A DNA stretch of 64,000 bases from contig NC_042998.1 of assembly GCF_006345805.1 (NCBI RefSeq), positions 144,274,001 to 144,338,000 of the forward strand. The letters run 5' to 3'. Below, piece after piece: positions 11,211 through 24,678 of this stretch. Source of the DNA: Octopus sinensis (Eukaryota). A model generated the notes under the pieces. That model saw nothing but the letters and a program-made list of their open reading frames with translations, was not told the origin of the DNA and made no database searches. The position numbers and the translations under genes are program-made. Every line of letters starts with the position of its first letter. The stretch's first letter is position 1.

Positions 11211-14200
11211 TGTCATCAACTCTCTTAATAAATGATGCTTTTTCCTGTTCTAAAAACAACTTTGAATAGTTTATTCTTAACAGCAACACTCTTTCTCCTT
11301 CTCTCCTCTCCTCTCTGTTAATACACACACGCACACATCAACATCATTGTGTGTGTGATTTTTACTCTCAACACACCCCTAGTCTTATTCATGATGAATT
11401 AGTTGCGTTAGAAATACTGAAAGAAAAATAATATTTTTGCTCGTTAGTTTTTCATATTGAAATATGGAACCTACATCCTTCCATAAGTATGAATGTTTGT
11501 GCATGTGTGTGTATATGTTCAGGTGAATGGCTGTCTACATGTAGAGAAGTGCTTATGACAGTATATGTGTATAAAGTCTTCTTTGACCCTACAGGCTTAT
11601 TTGGTTGAAGTTAATCCAGATTTTCATGGTTTTAGACTATACACTCCCCAGCCCAATATGGTATGCTGGGTTGATCCCAACACGCCACTAGAAGTTACAT
11701 TTCAGCTGAGTGAACTGGAATGATATGAAATGAAGTGACTTGATCAAGGATACAAAGCAAACCCAGCCCAGGAATCAAACTCAGATAATGATTGTAAGAC
11801 CAACACCCTAACTACTATGCCAGATACCTTCATATTGTGAAGTGGTTGGCATTAAAAAGGGCAACCAACCATAAAAAGCATGCCACAGAAGACATTAAAG
11901 CTTCACGCTATCTTTGAGCACATCAGATTCTATCAAACTCCCCAATCAATGCCAGCAATGAAAACAAATATTAAATTATGAGGATGATTGTATTTCATCA
12001 TCATCGTTGTCATCATCATCATCAATTTATTATCCACTTTTCCATACCTTAATGGGCTGAACAAAATTCGCTAAGGCAGATTCTTAACAAGCAGATGTCC
12101 TTCTTGTCACCAACCCTAACCTATTACCAAGTAAAGTAAGATTTCCCCATGGCCAGATGTTTTCACAGAAATTTGGAAATGACACATAATTGGGAACGTA
12201 ATTTCTTAAATATGGTATTGTTGGAATGAAAAGGTGGAGCCATCTCCGAGATGGTAATTTTTTCATTCCAACAATATCATGTATAGAAATTCAAATCTCT
12301 GAAGATTTGACAGTAAGGGTTGATTACATAATAATCACTTTATGTTAATGAATTACATGTAAGAACATGTAATTAATTACCTTATGAACAAGATCTCGCG
12401 TTTTATTTTATTACTGTATATATTTATATATTTGTTAGCTTGTGTTTGTTAGTTACTTGGCGACCTCACTAGTACTTGTGCCATGAAAAAACATCCCAGT
12501 ATGCTCCATAAAGTGGTTGCTGTTAAGAAGGGCATCCAGCTGTAAAAACCATGCCAGAGTAGACATTAAAGGTTGAACCAGTTTTCTGGATTGTTGAATC
12601 AGGCTAGCATAGAAGACAGACATTAAATGATGATGATTAAGATGACAATGATGACGACAGATATTTGTTAGTGTGTGTACATGCATGTGTGTACACACAT
12701 CTGTTTGTATGTATGTGTGCATGTAATTATGTAAATTCATCTATATGTATGTATATGTGTGGTGTACATGCATTTTTATATATATATGAGAGTATTGATG
12801 TATATTCATGATTGCATAGGGTTATGTGTATAAGTGTGTGTGTGCATGCAAATTTATGTATGTGTAAGGGAATGAATTCATGTGTATGTGAGGCACGTGT
12901 TTCTGTAGTATGAAGAGGGAATGAATAATAGGTATAGAGCTGGGAACTTTTATTCTAGAACATGGAAAAGACAATATATCTATCATATTAAAAGAAAGGT
13001 TAACTTAGGAGCATGGGAAATGGAGAAAGAGGATGGAGATAAGCAAGGAAGGAAGGGGGAAAAGATTAAATAAAGGAAGAAGAGTAAACCAAGAAGAAGA
13101 GAGAAAGAGTGAGAGATGGGAGGTGTAAGCAAATGAGGAAGAAGAACTAAGAGATAAAAGAGTATGTGTATGTGTGTTAATAAGAAATATGAGAGAGAAA
13201 GAGTAACAGAATCATACTCTCGTGGAAGAGATAGAAAGATAGGGGGAAAAGAATAAATATGAGAGGTAAAGAGAGAGAGAGAGAGAACTTTTAAGGGTTG
13301 AGAAAGACAAAAAAGTAGTCAAGAAGAAAGAGTTTGAGACTGACAAGAGAGGGTGTTTAAAAAAAGAAGTGAAATGAGAAAGAAAACTACAGAAAGAGGG
13401 AGTGAGAGAGAGTGAGAAAGAGGAGAGGATAAAGAGGAAGAAGAAAACAGAATGAGAGAGAGAGAGAGACAAAGTGACAGAGACACAGAGAGAGAAAGTA
13501 ACAGGGAGAAAAAGACAGAGAGAGAGAGGGAGAGAGAGAGAGAGAGAGAGATGATGATGATGATGATTACTGTAACAGCAATCTGCAGCACTTAAAAAGA
13601 TGAAATGCTAACAACAACCCTAATCATAAGCAACAACAATAACAACAGCAACAATCAATGAAACAAACAAAAAGGACAGCAACAATAAATTAGAAATAGC
13701 ATTTAATTGAAAGCATTAATGAAACTATAGCAAAAATGGAAGTGTAACACAAGGAGTCATGTGAAAATTGTACATTTTGTGAGAATTGTCAATAGAAGGT
13801 TGTACAATTAAGTGAAATTACTAAGACTCTTTTGACGAACTTTCTCAAGACATCAATAGTCTTTACATTCAATACATATCTTTCTTTTTTATTTTTCACA
13901 AATGAAAAGAAAAGAACCAAGATGTTTTGCAAGCGCATGTGTGTGGGTGTGTGGGTGGGTGTGTGGGTGTGTGTGTGAAAGAAAGAGAGACAAAAAGGGT
14001 GCATTTTTGTGTGTGCTTCTCTGTGTCAACAGACCCCCCATTTACACACTTGTAAACTGAGGGTATTACTGTACCCTATTTCTGTATGCAGAAGTTGAAT
14101 GTCTCATCAAGAAGTGAAGCACGTCTGTAGGTGTTTTGGCCCCATCAAATGTATACATATGATCTTATTCACGATTTATTCAAAAGCACATTCTTTCAGT

Positions 14201-14514
14201 ACTTCATAATCCCTGCAAGCTGTAAGAAGAAATCCTAAAAGGGGTGACTTCAAGAAGGGCATCTAGCCATTAATCATTACCTCAAAAAGTACAGTTCAAC
14301 CTATACCTGCATGAGGAAGTGCACATGAAAATGATAATTTTATAACTATGTATGTACAAATTTTGGCAAGGTTGACTTTCAGCCTTTCATCTTTTACGGG
14401 TTTAATAAGATAAGTACCAGTTAAGTACTGGTGTCGATGCAATTCACTAAACCCCTCCCACAATGTTTCAGGTCTTATGCTTATAGTAGAAAAGATTATT
14501 ATTTATTATTATTA

Positions 14515-14546
<32 letters not shown>

Positions 14547-15083
14547 GAGTGAGAGAGCAGTGCATGCCATCAAAGTGATACTGGGATACAAATATACGAA
14601 GCCCAATATACCCATCATGACTACCCATCTGATAAGTGTACACTAACCAAATGCATCACTATCACTTGTGTGCTATGATTATCTCATATCAAGATAAACA
14701 GTACATGACCTTGCAGGTGGAGCCTAGTTAGAATTTTCTTCAGGTCAAGTAGCACATCCTGCTCAAAAGGTCCTTGAATAAAGTTTGTTTACTATTTTGG
14801 TTTGGCTCAGATTCAGTCTTATTCCTGGTAGGAATTATGTGGGTAGAGGGTTACTACCTGTAACCTTAGGTATCCACAAGTTTTCAGCAGTCTTTCAAGT
14901 AGTTAGGACTGCTGATAATCCTTGCTATCCCTAAGAAACAAACTTTCTGTTGGAGCTCTACCGGGCATTCTATTTCAATCTCCCTCAGCCATAATTTCTT
15001 TATCTTTGTTTACTGTTCCCAACGCACCAGTAATTATAGGCACGACCTTTATTGTTTCTATGCTCCAAATTCTTCCTATGTGT
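14547..15083 (-). mobile_element. R4/Dong-like RLE non-LTR retrotransposon 3' end within an (ATT)n microsatellite
   Basis: Minus strand reads IGRIWSIETIKVVPIITGALGTVNKD, a frameshift, then KLWLREIEIECPVELQQKVCFLGIARII. This matches VVPIIIGALGT...LQKxxLLGTARI. A 3' UTR follows, with (ATT)n at about 14495-14546 and 15084-15102. Confidence 0.75.
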
Positions 15084-15189
15084 TTATTATTATTATTATT
15101 ATGTGATTTCTTTCCCTTTCAGCATTCCTTTCTTGTCTCTCTCTTTTCTTCAGATGTGCATATGTATGTGTGTATATATATACATACAT

Positions 15190-15307
15190 ACAGTGTAAGT
15201 GTGTTGTGGGGTAAAGAAGTTTGCTTCTTGATCACAGAGTTCTAGGTTCAGTCTCATTGTGTGACACATGCATGGATTTAGTAGATGGAAACTGAAAGAA
15301 ACCCAAT

Positions 15308-15366
<59 letters not shown>

Positions 15367-15625
15367 GGGAGAAAAAAAAAGAGACAGAGTGAGTATGCAT
15401 GTGGGTTTGTGTTTCCTTGCCTTGACATTGCATGATAGTTGTAAATGAATGTCATTCATTTCTAATACTCTGTGAAAACATGTCTGGTTAAGGGGAATTA
15501 TTACCAATGCTTGGTAACAAGGAAAGACATCAGGCTATTGAAAATCTGTCTTTAATAAACTTTGTCCACTTTGTCCAACTTAGGGGAGCTTGGAAAAGTA
15601 GATATTAAAATGATGATGAAGACGA
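15190..15625 (+). mobile_element. Family A-type head with an alternative body and (GAT)n RTE-type tail
   Basis: Head motif, microsatellite, then a body ending GATATTAAAATGATGATGA. Related bodies at about 12010-12190, 21120-21350, 23660-23870, 33840-34030 and 48130-48350. Confidence 0.6.
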
Positions 15626-15646
15626 TATATATATATCCTTGTGTCC

Positions 15647-15682
15647 CTTTTTGTTGAAGAGCGTAAGCTCGAAATGTAAAAG
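15647..15682 (+). ncRNA. Hammerhead-like motif, copy 3, more decayed
   Basis: CTTT-TTGTTGA-A-GAGCGTAAGCTC-GAAA-TGTA^AAAG. Confidence 0.4.
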
Positions 15683-18081
15683 ACTTTCTCACCTTCCGAG
15701 CACCAAACTAATACACCTGTTTGTTGTTTATACACCTGTCTTCATCTTTTGTTTTTCTATAAATTTCAACTATATATATATATTGTTCAAAACAGTTTGA
15801 TTTGGATTCTGTGCTCTTAAAGTTTCAAAGCCCCAAGCGGAGACCTTTCATCAGGCCACCAGAAATCCAAATGATTCATTCAGATTTCCACTGGCCTGAT
15901 GAAAGGCCCCAATTAGGGGCTTTGAAACTTTAAGTAGCATGGAATCTGAAGCAAACTGTTTTGAACAATACATGTAACTCCCAATAAATGTGTTGAGTGC
16001 CTTTTCTTTCATTTGCCTACTCACTCGTGGGTGTGTGTGTGTGTATACTCACCTGGCAAAAATCTATTGTATTAGATCACCATGCACTTATATGACCAAT
16101 AAAATTTTCTTTTTTTTTTTTTAAATAAGTAATAACTGCCTGCCTGACAAGTAAACATATTGCCAGTGATTAGTAGACACATCCACTCTCACATCCCAAC
16201 CCTCAACCTTGGTAGTCCTTAGTCTATATACAGCACTATCATGTACATTACCTACCTCTAACTCATCCCCCTGTACCTCCTCACTGCACTCTTAACAGCA
16301 TTATGGAGAGATGTGGCACGGCAACTATAGTGACTCATCTAGAATGATAATTATTTCAAACAGGCTAATATCAAAAGGGTTGTCATCAAAGTCTGTTTAA
16401 CTTCATCACCATCGGACAGAAAAGAAACAGTTTATAAGGCAAAACTATTTTCTTATGATGTGTAGTGGTCATGTTTTAATACTTTTAATACCAACCTGTC
16501 CAAGATACACATACCCCCATTCTATAGTACAAACTTCCTGTTCTAAAGTGATCTAAATTAAAATTTCCCATCAAAATTTCCTGTTAATTTATGTTCTAAA
16601 CATCAACCTAATGATGAATTATTTTACTAAAGATTTCATTATTTTCAAAATTAATTGAAACAAAGTTTATTTCAAGGAAGTATGGCAAAAAAAAGTGTCA
16701 ATACCAATACCATATTCAGATCCTAAAGTTATTTCAGTTTATTTTATAATGATACAAGTATATTATCTTGTAATCCAAGCCTTGTGAAGGAGATGACAAA
16801 GGACTGAGACATCTGGCGCCTCACTGTACTCGAAAAGACCTATCCACCACAGCAGAATTGATACTTGTGCTGGTGCCACATTAAAAGCACTGGTGCTGTT
16901 GTCACATAAAAAGCACACATTACATACTGTGGAGTAGTTGGTATTAGGAAGGGCATCCAGCCAGAGAAACCATGCCAGAACAAACAATGGAACCTGGTAC
17001 AGTATCTTACCAGCTCTAGTCAAACTGTCCAACCCATGCCAGAATGAAAAACAAACATTAAATGATGATAATGATGAAGATGTAATCTGGTTTTGTTTAT
17101 TCAAAAACTGGGATAATTTGTCACATACACACACAACAAATGTACAAGACCTCTTTAGATGCTGTAAAGAACAGAGAAAATGAGAGAGAAGATAATGTAG
17201 TTGTGATGTTGTCTATAAAGAACAACTTGACTATTACAATTTTACTGCTGACAATTGCAGTTTTGCTTATTTTCATCTCATGTCCTGTTGAACTGGTTGG
17301 CTTTCTCAATAAATCTATAGATGATTTGTAGCATCTAGACACCTGTGAGTTAGTGTGTGTGTGTGAGAGAGAGAGAGGAAGTATGTGTGCACATTATGGT
17401 TATCATAAAAAAAAACTGAATATATATATATATATATACATGCATATCCTGGTGTATGAGTGAATACATATGCAGATGTGCATTTGTAGCAGTGTGTGTG
17501 CATGTGTATCAGTATACTACCCAAGCATATGCATGCCCAAACAATCATGAAGTCCCACATTCAATATCACTGCATGGCATCTTAATCAAGACAACACACA
17601 AATACACTCTATTACTACTAACCACCACAACCACCACCACCATCATCACTAAATCCATTCATAAGGATTTGGTCAGTTAGTGTCCATAACAGACACTTGC
17701 CCAATGTGCAAATAGCAGGATTGAACCTGAATCCATGTAAATGTTAAGTGAACTTCTTAACCATTCAATCATGCCTATACCTACCTTCTGGAGCAAGAGG
17801 GTACACTGACAAGATTGTCATTTGAAACTAATATATATATTTCTGTCTCTTTCTCATTCCTTGCCTCACTTTTGCATTTCTCCCATTCTCTTTCTCTCTC
17901 ATTCCCTTCTTAATACTTTACTTCTTCCTTCATTCTGACTTTCTATCTGTCCTTCTCTAGTCTCCAGTCCTACAGAATGTTTTCATTTTCCTTTGCGTTA
18001 CCCCATGTCAGTCTGTATTGCAGCCACATGGCTTTTTTGTTGTATTTGCATGTTTTATTTTGTCGTATTTGTTTTCATCAT

Positions 18082-18505
18082 TGTTGAAGATAATATGATA
18101 TCATACAGTAATGCGAGATCAACTGAAGGTTATGTGACCCTGGAATAACATTGCTCCAGGGTGAGGAATTAACAGACACCTGGGTGTTTCTCACTATCAC
18201 ACTGGAGTGAGAGATCAGCTGACACTTGTAAGGACATGTATCACACTCTGAAAGGGCAAAAAAAGATACCTAATAGTCATATGACTTCACCTTCTGGAGG
18301 GAGAATTGGGTGAAGGTCATATGACAACATTCTGAAGAAAGAGACTGAGAGAGATTTCAACAGACAGCAGAGGGTAAAATGACAAGACTGTGGTTTATGG
18401 TAATTTAATTAACTTGTAATGAGTTAGAGACCGTTAGTTATTACTGACCTCAAAGTAATGGTAGTGCACCATTAATTAGAGTCATTAATGACTGGCCTTC
18501 TAACA
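18082..18505. mobile_element. Possible solo LTR
   Basis: Starts TGTTGAAG and ends CTTCTAACA, an imperfect terminal inverted match with TG...CA. It is about 420 bp with internal hairpins. No target-site duplication was found. Confidence 0.35.
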
Positions 18506-18691
18506 AAAAATGCTGCTTCACCAAAAACTATTCACTTTCAGAGTTAAAAATGGTCAGAGTGGTTTGGGTTAGAATTCTCAACCACAGACAACTGACACAC
18601 ACACACACACAAAATGTCTTACAAAAAGCTGGGTTTAGAGAAAGTTATAATATACAATCACAAACACCCAGATATAAGCACACTCACACCC

Positions 18692-18728
<37 letters not shown>

Positions 18729-18963
18729 CACACACACACATATACACACATACACACACATTCAAACTACATTTAAAACACACCCACTCTTCTAAAGAAA
18801 AATACTCACACACATACATACACACAGACGAAATTTCATGAAAAAGATAAAAGGTAAATTGTTACAAACTACAGTATCCATAGATAAAAGAACATACTTA
18901 CACACACATACAGATACGTACACACACAGAAACACACATTTATTCAAACACAAAGCATTGAGT

Positions 18964-19001
<38 letters not shown>

Positions 19002-19006
19002 ATATG

Positions 19007-19048
<42 letters not shown>

Positions 19049-19199
19049 AAACACAAAAATAGTGACTCATGCAGATATACTCAAGCCATATAAACACACA
19101 TACACACACAAGCATACATACGCCAACGTTTATAAAAAAATTCTTTCATCTCTGGTTAAACCATAAAGTAGACACACAAAACACACACATACACTGTTA

Positions 19200-19600
19200 A
19201 ATCTTTTATATTCTTGTTTTAGTCATTGAACTGTGGCCATGCTAGGGTACCACCTTGAAGGATTTAGTCAAACAAATCAACCCCCAGTACATTTCCTTTT
19301 TTGGGGGTCAAATCTGGTACTTATTATATGGTCTTCCTTTTGGTGAACTGCAAAGTAATGGCAACGTAAACAAACCAACACCAGTTGTCAAGCAATGGTG
19401 GGGGACAAACACAAACACAGACACATACATACGTACATATACACATATACAATAGGCTTTCAGTTTCTGCTTTCTACCAAATCCACTCACAAGGCTTCGG
19501 TCAGCCAGGGACTATAGAAGATACTTGTCCTTGGTACCACATAATGGGACTGAACTAAGGACCATGCAGTTGGGAAACACACTTCTTACCATGCAGCCAC
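19200..19600 (-). mobile_element. Family A SINE
   Basis: Colinear with 951-1378. Confidence 0.85.
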
Positions 19601-19604
19601 AGCT

Positions 19605-20080
19605 CTCTTTTACTCTTTTACTTGTTTCAGTCATTTGACTGTGACCATGCGGGAGCAAATCGACCACAGGACTTATTCTTCATAAGCCTAGCACTTATTC
19701 TATCGGTCTCTTTTGCTGAACCGCAAAGTTATGGGGACGTAAACACACCAGTGGCACCTTGGGCAAGTGTCTTCTACTATAGCTTCGGGCCGACCAAAGC
19801 CTTGTGAGTGGATTTGGAAGATGGAAACTGAAAGAATCCTGTCGTATATATGTATATATATGTTTGTATGTCTGTGTTTGTCCCCCCAACATCACTTGAC
19901 AACTAATGCTGGTGTGTTTACATCCCTGTAACTTAGCGACTTGGCAAAAAGAGACCGATAGAATAAGCACTAGGCTTACAAAGAATAAGTCCTAGGATCG
20001 ATTTCCTCGACTAAAGGCGGTGCTCCAGCATGGCCACAGTCAAATGACTGAAACAAGTAAGAGTAAAAATGAGTAAATGT
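19605..20080. mobile_element. Head-to-head fusion of two family A SINE pieces
   Basis: A minus-strand 3' half (about 19605-19750) joins directly, at ...ACACACCA|GTGGCACCTTGGG, a plus-strand copy lacking its tRNA head. Confidence 0.8.
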
Positions 20081-20220
20081 CAGGAGAACAAAAAAATTAT
20101 GTTAATGAACATCATTACCTTACAGCTGTTTTTACTATAAGATGAACTGAACTTATAGCTGAGTGCTTGTCCATTACCTTACAGCTTCATTGGAGCTTCA
20201 AAAAAGATAGATTTATATAT

Positions 20221-20580
20221 AAACCACATGGTTCCAGGTTCAGTCCCACTGCATGGCACCTGGGGCAAGTATCTTCTACTATAGCCTCAGGCTGACCAAA
20301 GCCTTGTGGATTTGATAGACAGAAACTGAAAGAAGCCCATCATGTGTGTGTGTGTGTGTATCTTTGTGTCTGTGCTTGTCTCCCCATCAGTGCTTGACAA
20401 CCAGTGTTGGTGTGTTTACACCCCCATAAACTAGCAGTTCAGAAAAAAGAAACTGATAGAATAAATATTAAGCTTAAGAAATAAGTCCTGGGAGTCAATT
20501 TGACTAAAACCATTCAAGGTAGTGCTCCAGCACGGCCACAGTCAAATGAATGAAACAAGTAAAAGAATAAACGAAAAGAA
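20221..20580 (+). mobile_element. Family A SINE, slightly 5'-truncated
   Basis: B-box GGTTCAGTCCC, CORE-like segment and tail are present. Confidence 0.85.
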
Positions 20581-22152
20581 CAAAAGAAAAAAAATGAAAG
20601 AATGTCTGGATTTATAAGAGAAAATTCTTCAATACATTTAGAAAGAGTATATTTATTCAATGACAAAGATTCAGTATGCTGCTTGTGATGGGAAGAATTA
20701 AAAAACACACACATGTATATATGCACAAACATAAATGCACACACATATACACACAAATATACATATATACACATACATATATATGTACATACATACATAC
20801 ATACATACATACATACATACATACATACATACATGCACACACACACACACACACACACCTATGTATATATTTTCCTATATTAAATTGGTTTTTTATTTAA
20901 AAAAACATTTGAATTAACTAATTATGTGTATTAATTAAATAATTATATAAATTATGTTTTTAATTTATCTGTCAAAACATCCATAACAAATTATGAACCA
21001 TCAGCAAAATTTCTGCTTTTCTATTTTTTTTTTATTATTAGTTACACAACCACCCATCCAACAAGCACCCATCCACCCACACACAGACACACACACACAT
21101 ATATATATGGGAGAGAGTATTTATGTGTTTTGACATCATGTGACATTTGTAAATAAGCATCATCATCATGCAAGTGGAGTTGTACACTCCCAATACTGAA
21201 AACATGTCTGGCCATGAGGAAATGTTAGATTACTTAGTAAAAGTTGAAGGTCAGTGACAGGAAGAGCATTTAACCATAGAAATATCAGCTTCAACAAATT
21301 TTACCAAACCCATAGGAGCATGAAAAAGTAATTGTTAAAATGATGAGGAGATGGAAGAAGAGGATATATATATAATTATTAGTGAAGGATTACCATTCTG
21401 GGCAAAATACTTTATAAACTCTGTTAGTACACCAAGCAAACAATATTATTTGGATTAGTAAAAAACTCCCCATATTCTTGTGGTAGTGTCTGAGGTTACA
21501 GTTCATCACAATTCTACACACACACACACATATATATCAGACATACTTGCAAATGCAAATTCGCTTTCATATAGTCAATGCGCACACACACACACAAATT
21601 TTTATAGAAAAACAACTGTTTAATTAAAGAGTGTGTCTGGTTTTCTATACAATTAACATTAAGTGCAAACAGAATGACCCTTTATTACGAAGTAGGCAGA
21701 ACAGCCAATCACAGACAGTAAAGATGTACAAGATATAACAGAAAAAAATACCCAAACTCTACTTGAATATTTCAAAGAGCTTCAATAATGAAGTAGAAGC
21801 AGGATGTTAAGTGGATACTATCTCAACAGTGGGTCACAAGTTCAAAATTGTTTCCGGCATTTTGTTGGTTCTGGACACATATTTTTACTCTACTAAATGT
21901 TAGATAAATTGATTATTGAAAAACAAAAGAAAGTTATATGCAATGGACTAGTGTCTTATCCAGGAGAAAATTTATCTTTCATTCAATTTTCATGAAGAAT
22001 TAAGGCCTGCATCGCCTTTGTGTTCGCTCACACACACACATTATCTCATTCTTGGTTTTCTTTTTTTCATAAGTTGAAACCACAAAGCTAAGCAACAAGC
22101 TGTCAAAAACTCCTGAGGACTTCCAAAATTGTATTTATTATTTTATAAAATA

Positions 22153-23130
22153 CTAGCAGTAAAACCCGTCATTGATTGGGTAATTACTTTTACTGTTTAT
22201 CGGGAGCCACATTGAAAGTATTATTATATGTATAATTTACTCTCCTGTATGTGTGCATTTTTAGAAGATCAATATCATTCTTTGTTGGCTATCTGCAAGT
22301 CTGTTTGCAGCTTCTTGAGTTGTTTCTTGCATACGATATGATACTTTTCGAAGATCAGCTGCAAGTCATGCATGCCTTTCATCTTCATTTTCTGCTACAC
22401 ATCAAGCTGCCATTCTTTGTTTGCTATTTGCAAGTCATGCATTTCGTTGATGTTCAGTTTCAGATGCATGTTAAGCTTTCTTTCTCTGTTGCTGATCTGC
22501 AAGCCGTGTGCATCCCATCGTCATTTTCTGATGCACATCGTGCATTTGTTTGGTGTTCATTTTGTGAAGTCTTTTTTTATGAGAATAAATAATAAATATC
22601 AGTAAGTAATAGTAAAATGAAATTCGAACGATATGTTACAGTAATGCAAGGAAAATAGGTATATCATAGAGAAGAATAGCTTAAGGGAATATGAAATCAG
22701 TAAGTTGTAGTGAAATGAAAGTACAAATGATGTGTGAATATCAATAAGTAATAGTGAAATGAATTTACAAATGCTGAATGGTATCAGTGTTTTGCTGAAA
22801 TTCCAACACTATACTACAGGAATGCAGGGCAAGGCATTGTGTGGTTGTCTTTTTGTCGGTTTGTCGATGATTTTCATTTTGCTGTGAATTTGTGTCTGTG
22901 TGCATATGTCTTCACTTTCAGATTGTCTCTGCTTATGTGAAAGAAATTTGTATATTTATATCTCAATGGAGAAGTTAGAAAAATAGGTATATCTGAAACA
23001 TGAATGAATATACATGTGTGTGTGTGTGTGTTCTTTTAGAGACAGACAGACAGACAGATAAAAAAATAGTGGCCCATTTCTTTAGAATTCCGCTCTGCTG
23101 GTGAAAGTGGACAAAACACTCACTCTTATA
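22153..23130 (-). mobile_element. Internally deleted Helitron with 23-aa STPR-like N-terminal repeats
   Basis: 3' end on the minus strand: ACCCAATCAATGACGGGT hairpin, then CTAG|T (22153-22156). Bases 22260-22560 translate as 23-aa repeats such as ASETEHQRNA*LANSKQRMAA*C. The 5' boundary is approximate. Confidence 0.7.
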
Positions 23131-24678
23131 ATTTTCTTTTATCTTTTCTTTCTTTTCACCTTTTACTTGTTCCAGTTAATAAATTGTGGCCATGCTGAGG
23201 AACTACTGCCTTGAAGAATTTTTAGTTGGACATATTAACCTCAGAATTTTTCTTTTTAGTTTTACTTGTGGCAGTCATTAGAGAGAAAGAGACTGACTGT
23301 TTAATTGTGCAAAACAGACCATCCTTCAATAAATAAATGAATAAATATATATGGTGTGGAGGTTGTCATTGTCTTGAACACTGACCATTCTTGCCACAGG
23401 ACAATTTCCAGCCAAATATAAAGACAGATTGAGAGAGAGAGAGAGAGAGATTGATTCTTTGAAAATGTTGGCACTTTAGCTCTGGTCACACCATCATCAT
23501 TATCATCACCATAGTTAAAGTGTGAAAGTGGACAAAACACCCATGATTATAAATGAGATGGTGTCTCAATTATGTTTTGTGGGAAAAACAGACAGAAACT
23601 CTCTTTTATATATATAGAGATAAAGATTATGTTTTAGCCATTTTCATTTAGGTTATTTTGAACTTCATCATCATTATCATCATCATTGTGTTAATGTTCA
23701 CTTTTCTATGTTCGCCTGAGTCAAACTGATTGGTTGAGGCAAATTTTTTGCCCCAGATGTCCTTCCTGTCCAAGTAAGATAATATTTCCCCTTTACTGGA
23801 CATTGGGAATGAAGGACACTTGTTTGACAGTGACACAACTATCTCACTATGTCAAGACAAGGACACATGCACATGCACACACACACACACACACATGTAC
23901 ATATATGATGGGCTTCTTTCAGTTTCTATCTACCATCAAATCCACTTATAAGACATTAGTGAAACCAAAGCTATGTTAGAAAGACATTTTCCCAATGTGT
24001 GCATACATATAGGATGGGCTTTTTCAGTTTCGATCTACCACCAAATCCATTCATAAGGTTTTAGTCAACCCAAAGCTGTGCCACACAGTGAGACTGAACC
24101 TAAAACTAAATGACTGGAAAGTGAGCTTCTTAACCACACAGCCTTGTAGAAGTGAAAAATCCACTCCAAAATAAACATTTTATTTCTTCTGACTTTGGTT
24201 AGAACAAAATTTAACTGTCCTGATTCCCCTATCCAAATCTTTTGTCAGTTCACTCTCACACAAAGGTCAGCCAATGTCAGTCTCCAATCTAAATTTGTCT
24301 TCACTAATATCTGACAGCAGTTACTGACTGACAAAACCTATACATTCTGACTTCTACAAACCAAAATAACTTTCCAGCTTTACTAATCGCACAAAGGTCA
24401 GGTCAGCTTCCAAATTTCTTCCCACCTATGTTGATTCTAGTTAGTCCAAACCTACCACACTAAAATATTTATTACCCTCCTTTAGTATATTGGTTGGTTG
24501 AGAATATTATACCATCTAATAAACAACAATGTTGATAATATATTAACTAAATAACTGTGTTGTAATAGAAAGGAAACTGGTATACACTGTGGTATATAGT
24601 ATTGTAGAACATTATACAAACACTTTATAAGTCTTTTACAAGCAATGTATCTCAAATGCCAATCTAGCTATAAATAAT

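Noticed and set aside
10581-11334. Long ORFs of 139-212 aa, and similar YI/HT/VC-rich ORFs at 20.5, 29, 55.5 and 57-58.5 kb
   Set aside because: They are translations of (TA)/(CA)/(TG) microsatellites, which lack stop codons in several frames.
21394-21420. 27-nt minus-strand microexon (FIKYFAQN) preceded by TACTAACAG
   Set aside because: The branch-like motif is too close to the AG, the donor GTAATC is weak, and the phase does not match the phase-0 exon at 61198.
23101-23540. 19-bp direct repeat GTGAAAGTGGACAAAACAC at 23101 and 23522
   Set aside because: It could be a TSD, but the enclosed sequence is a mixture of fragments with no single element, so no feature is called.
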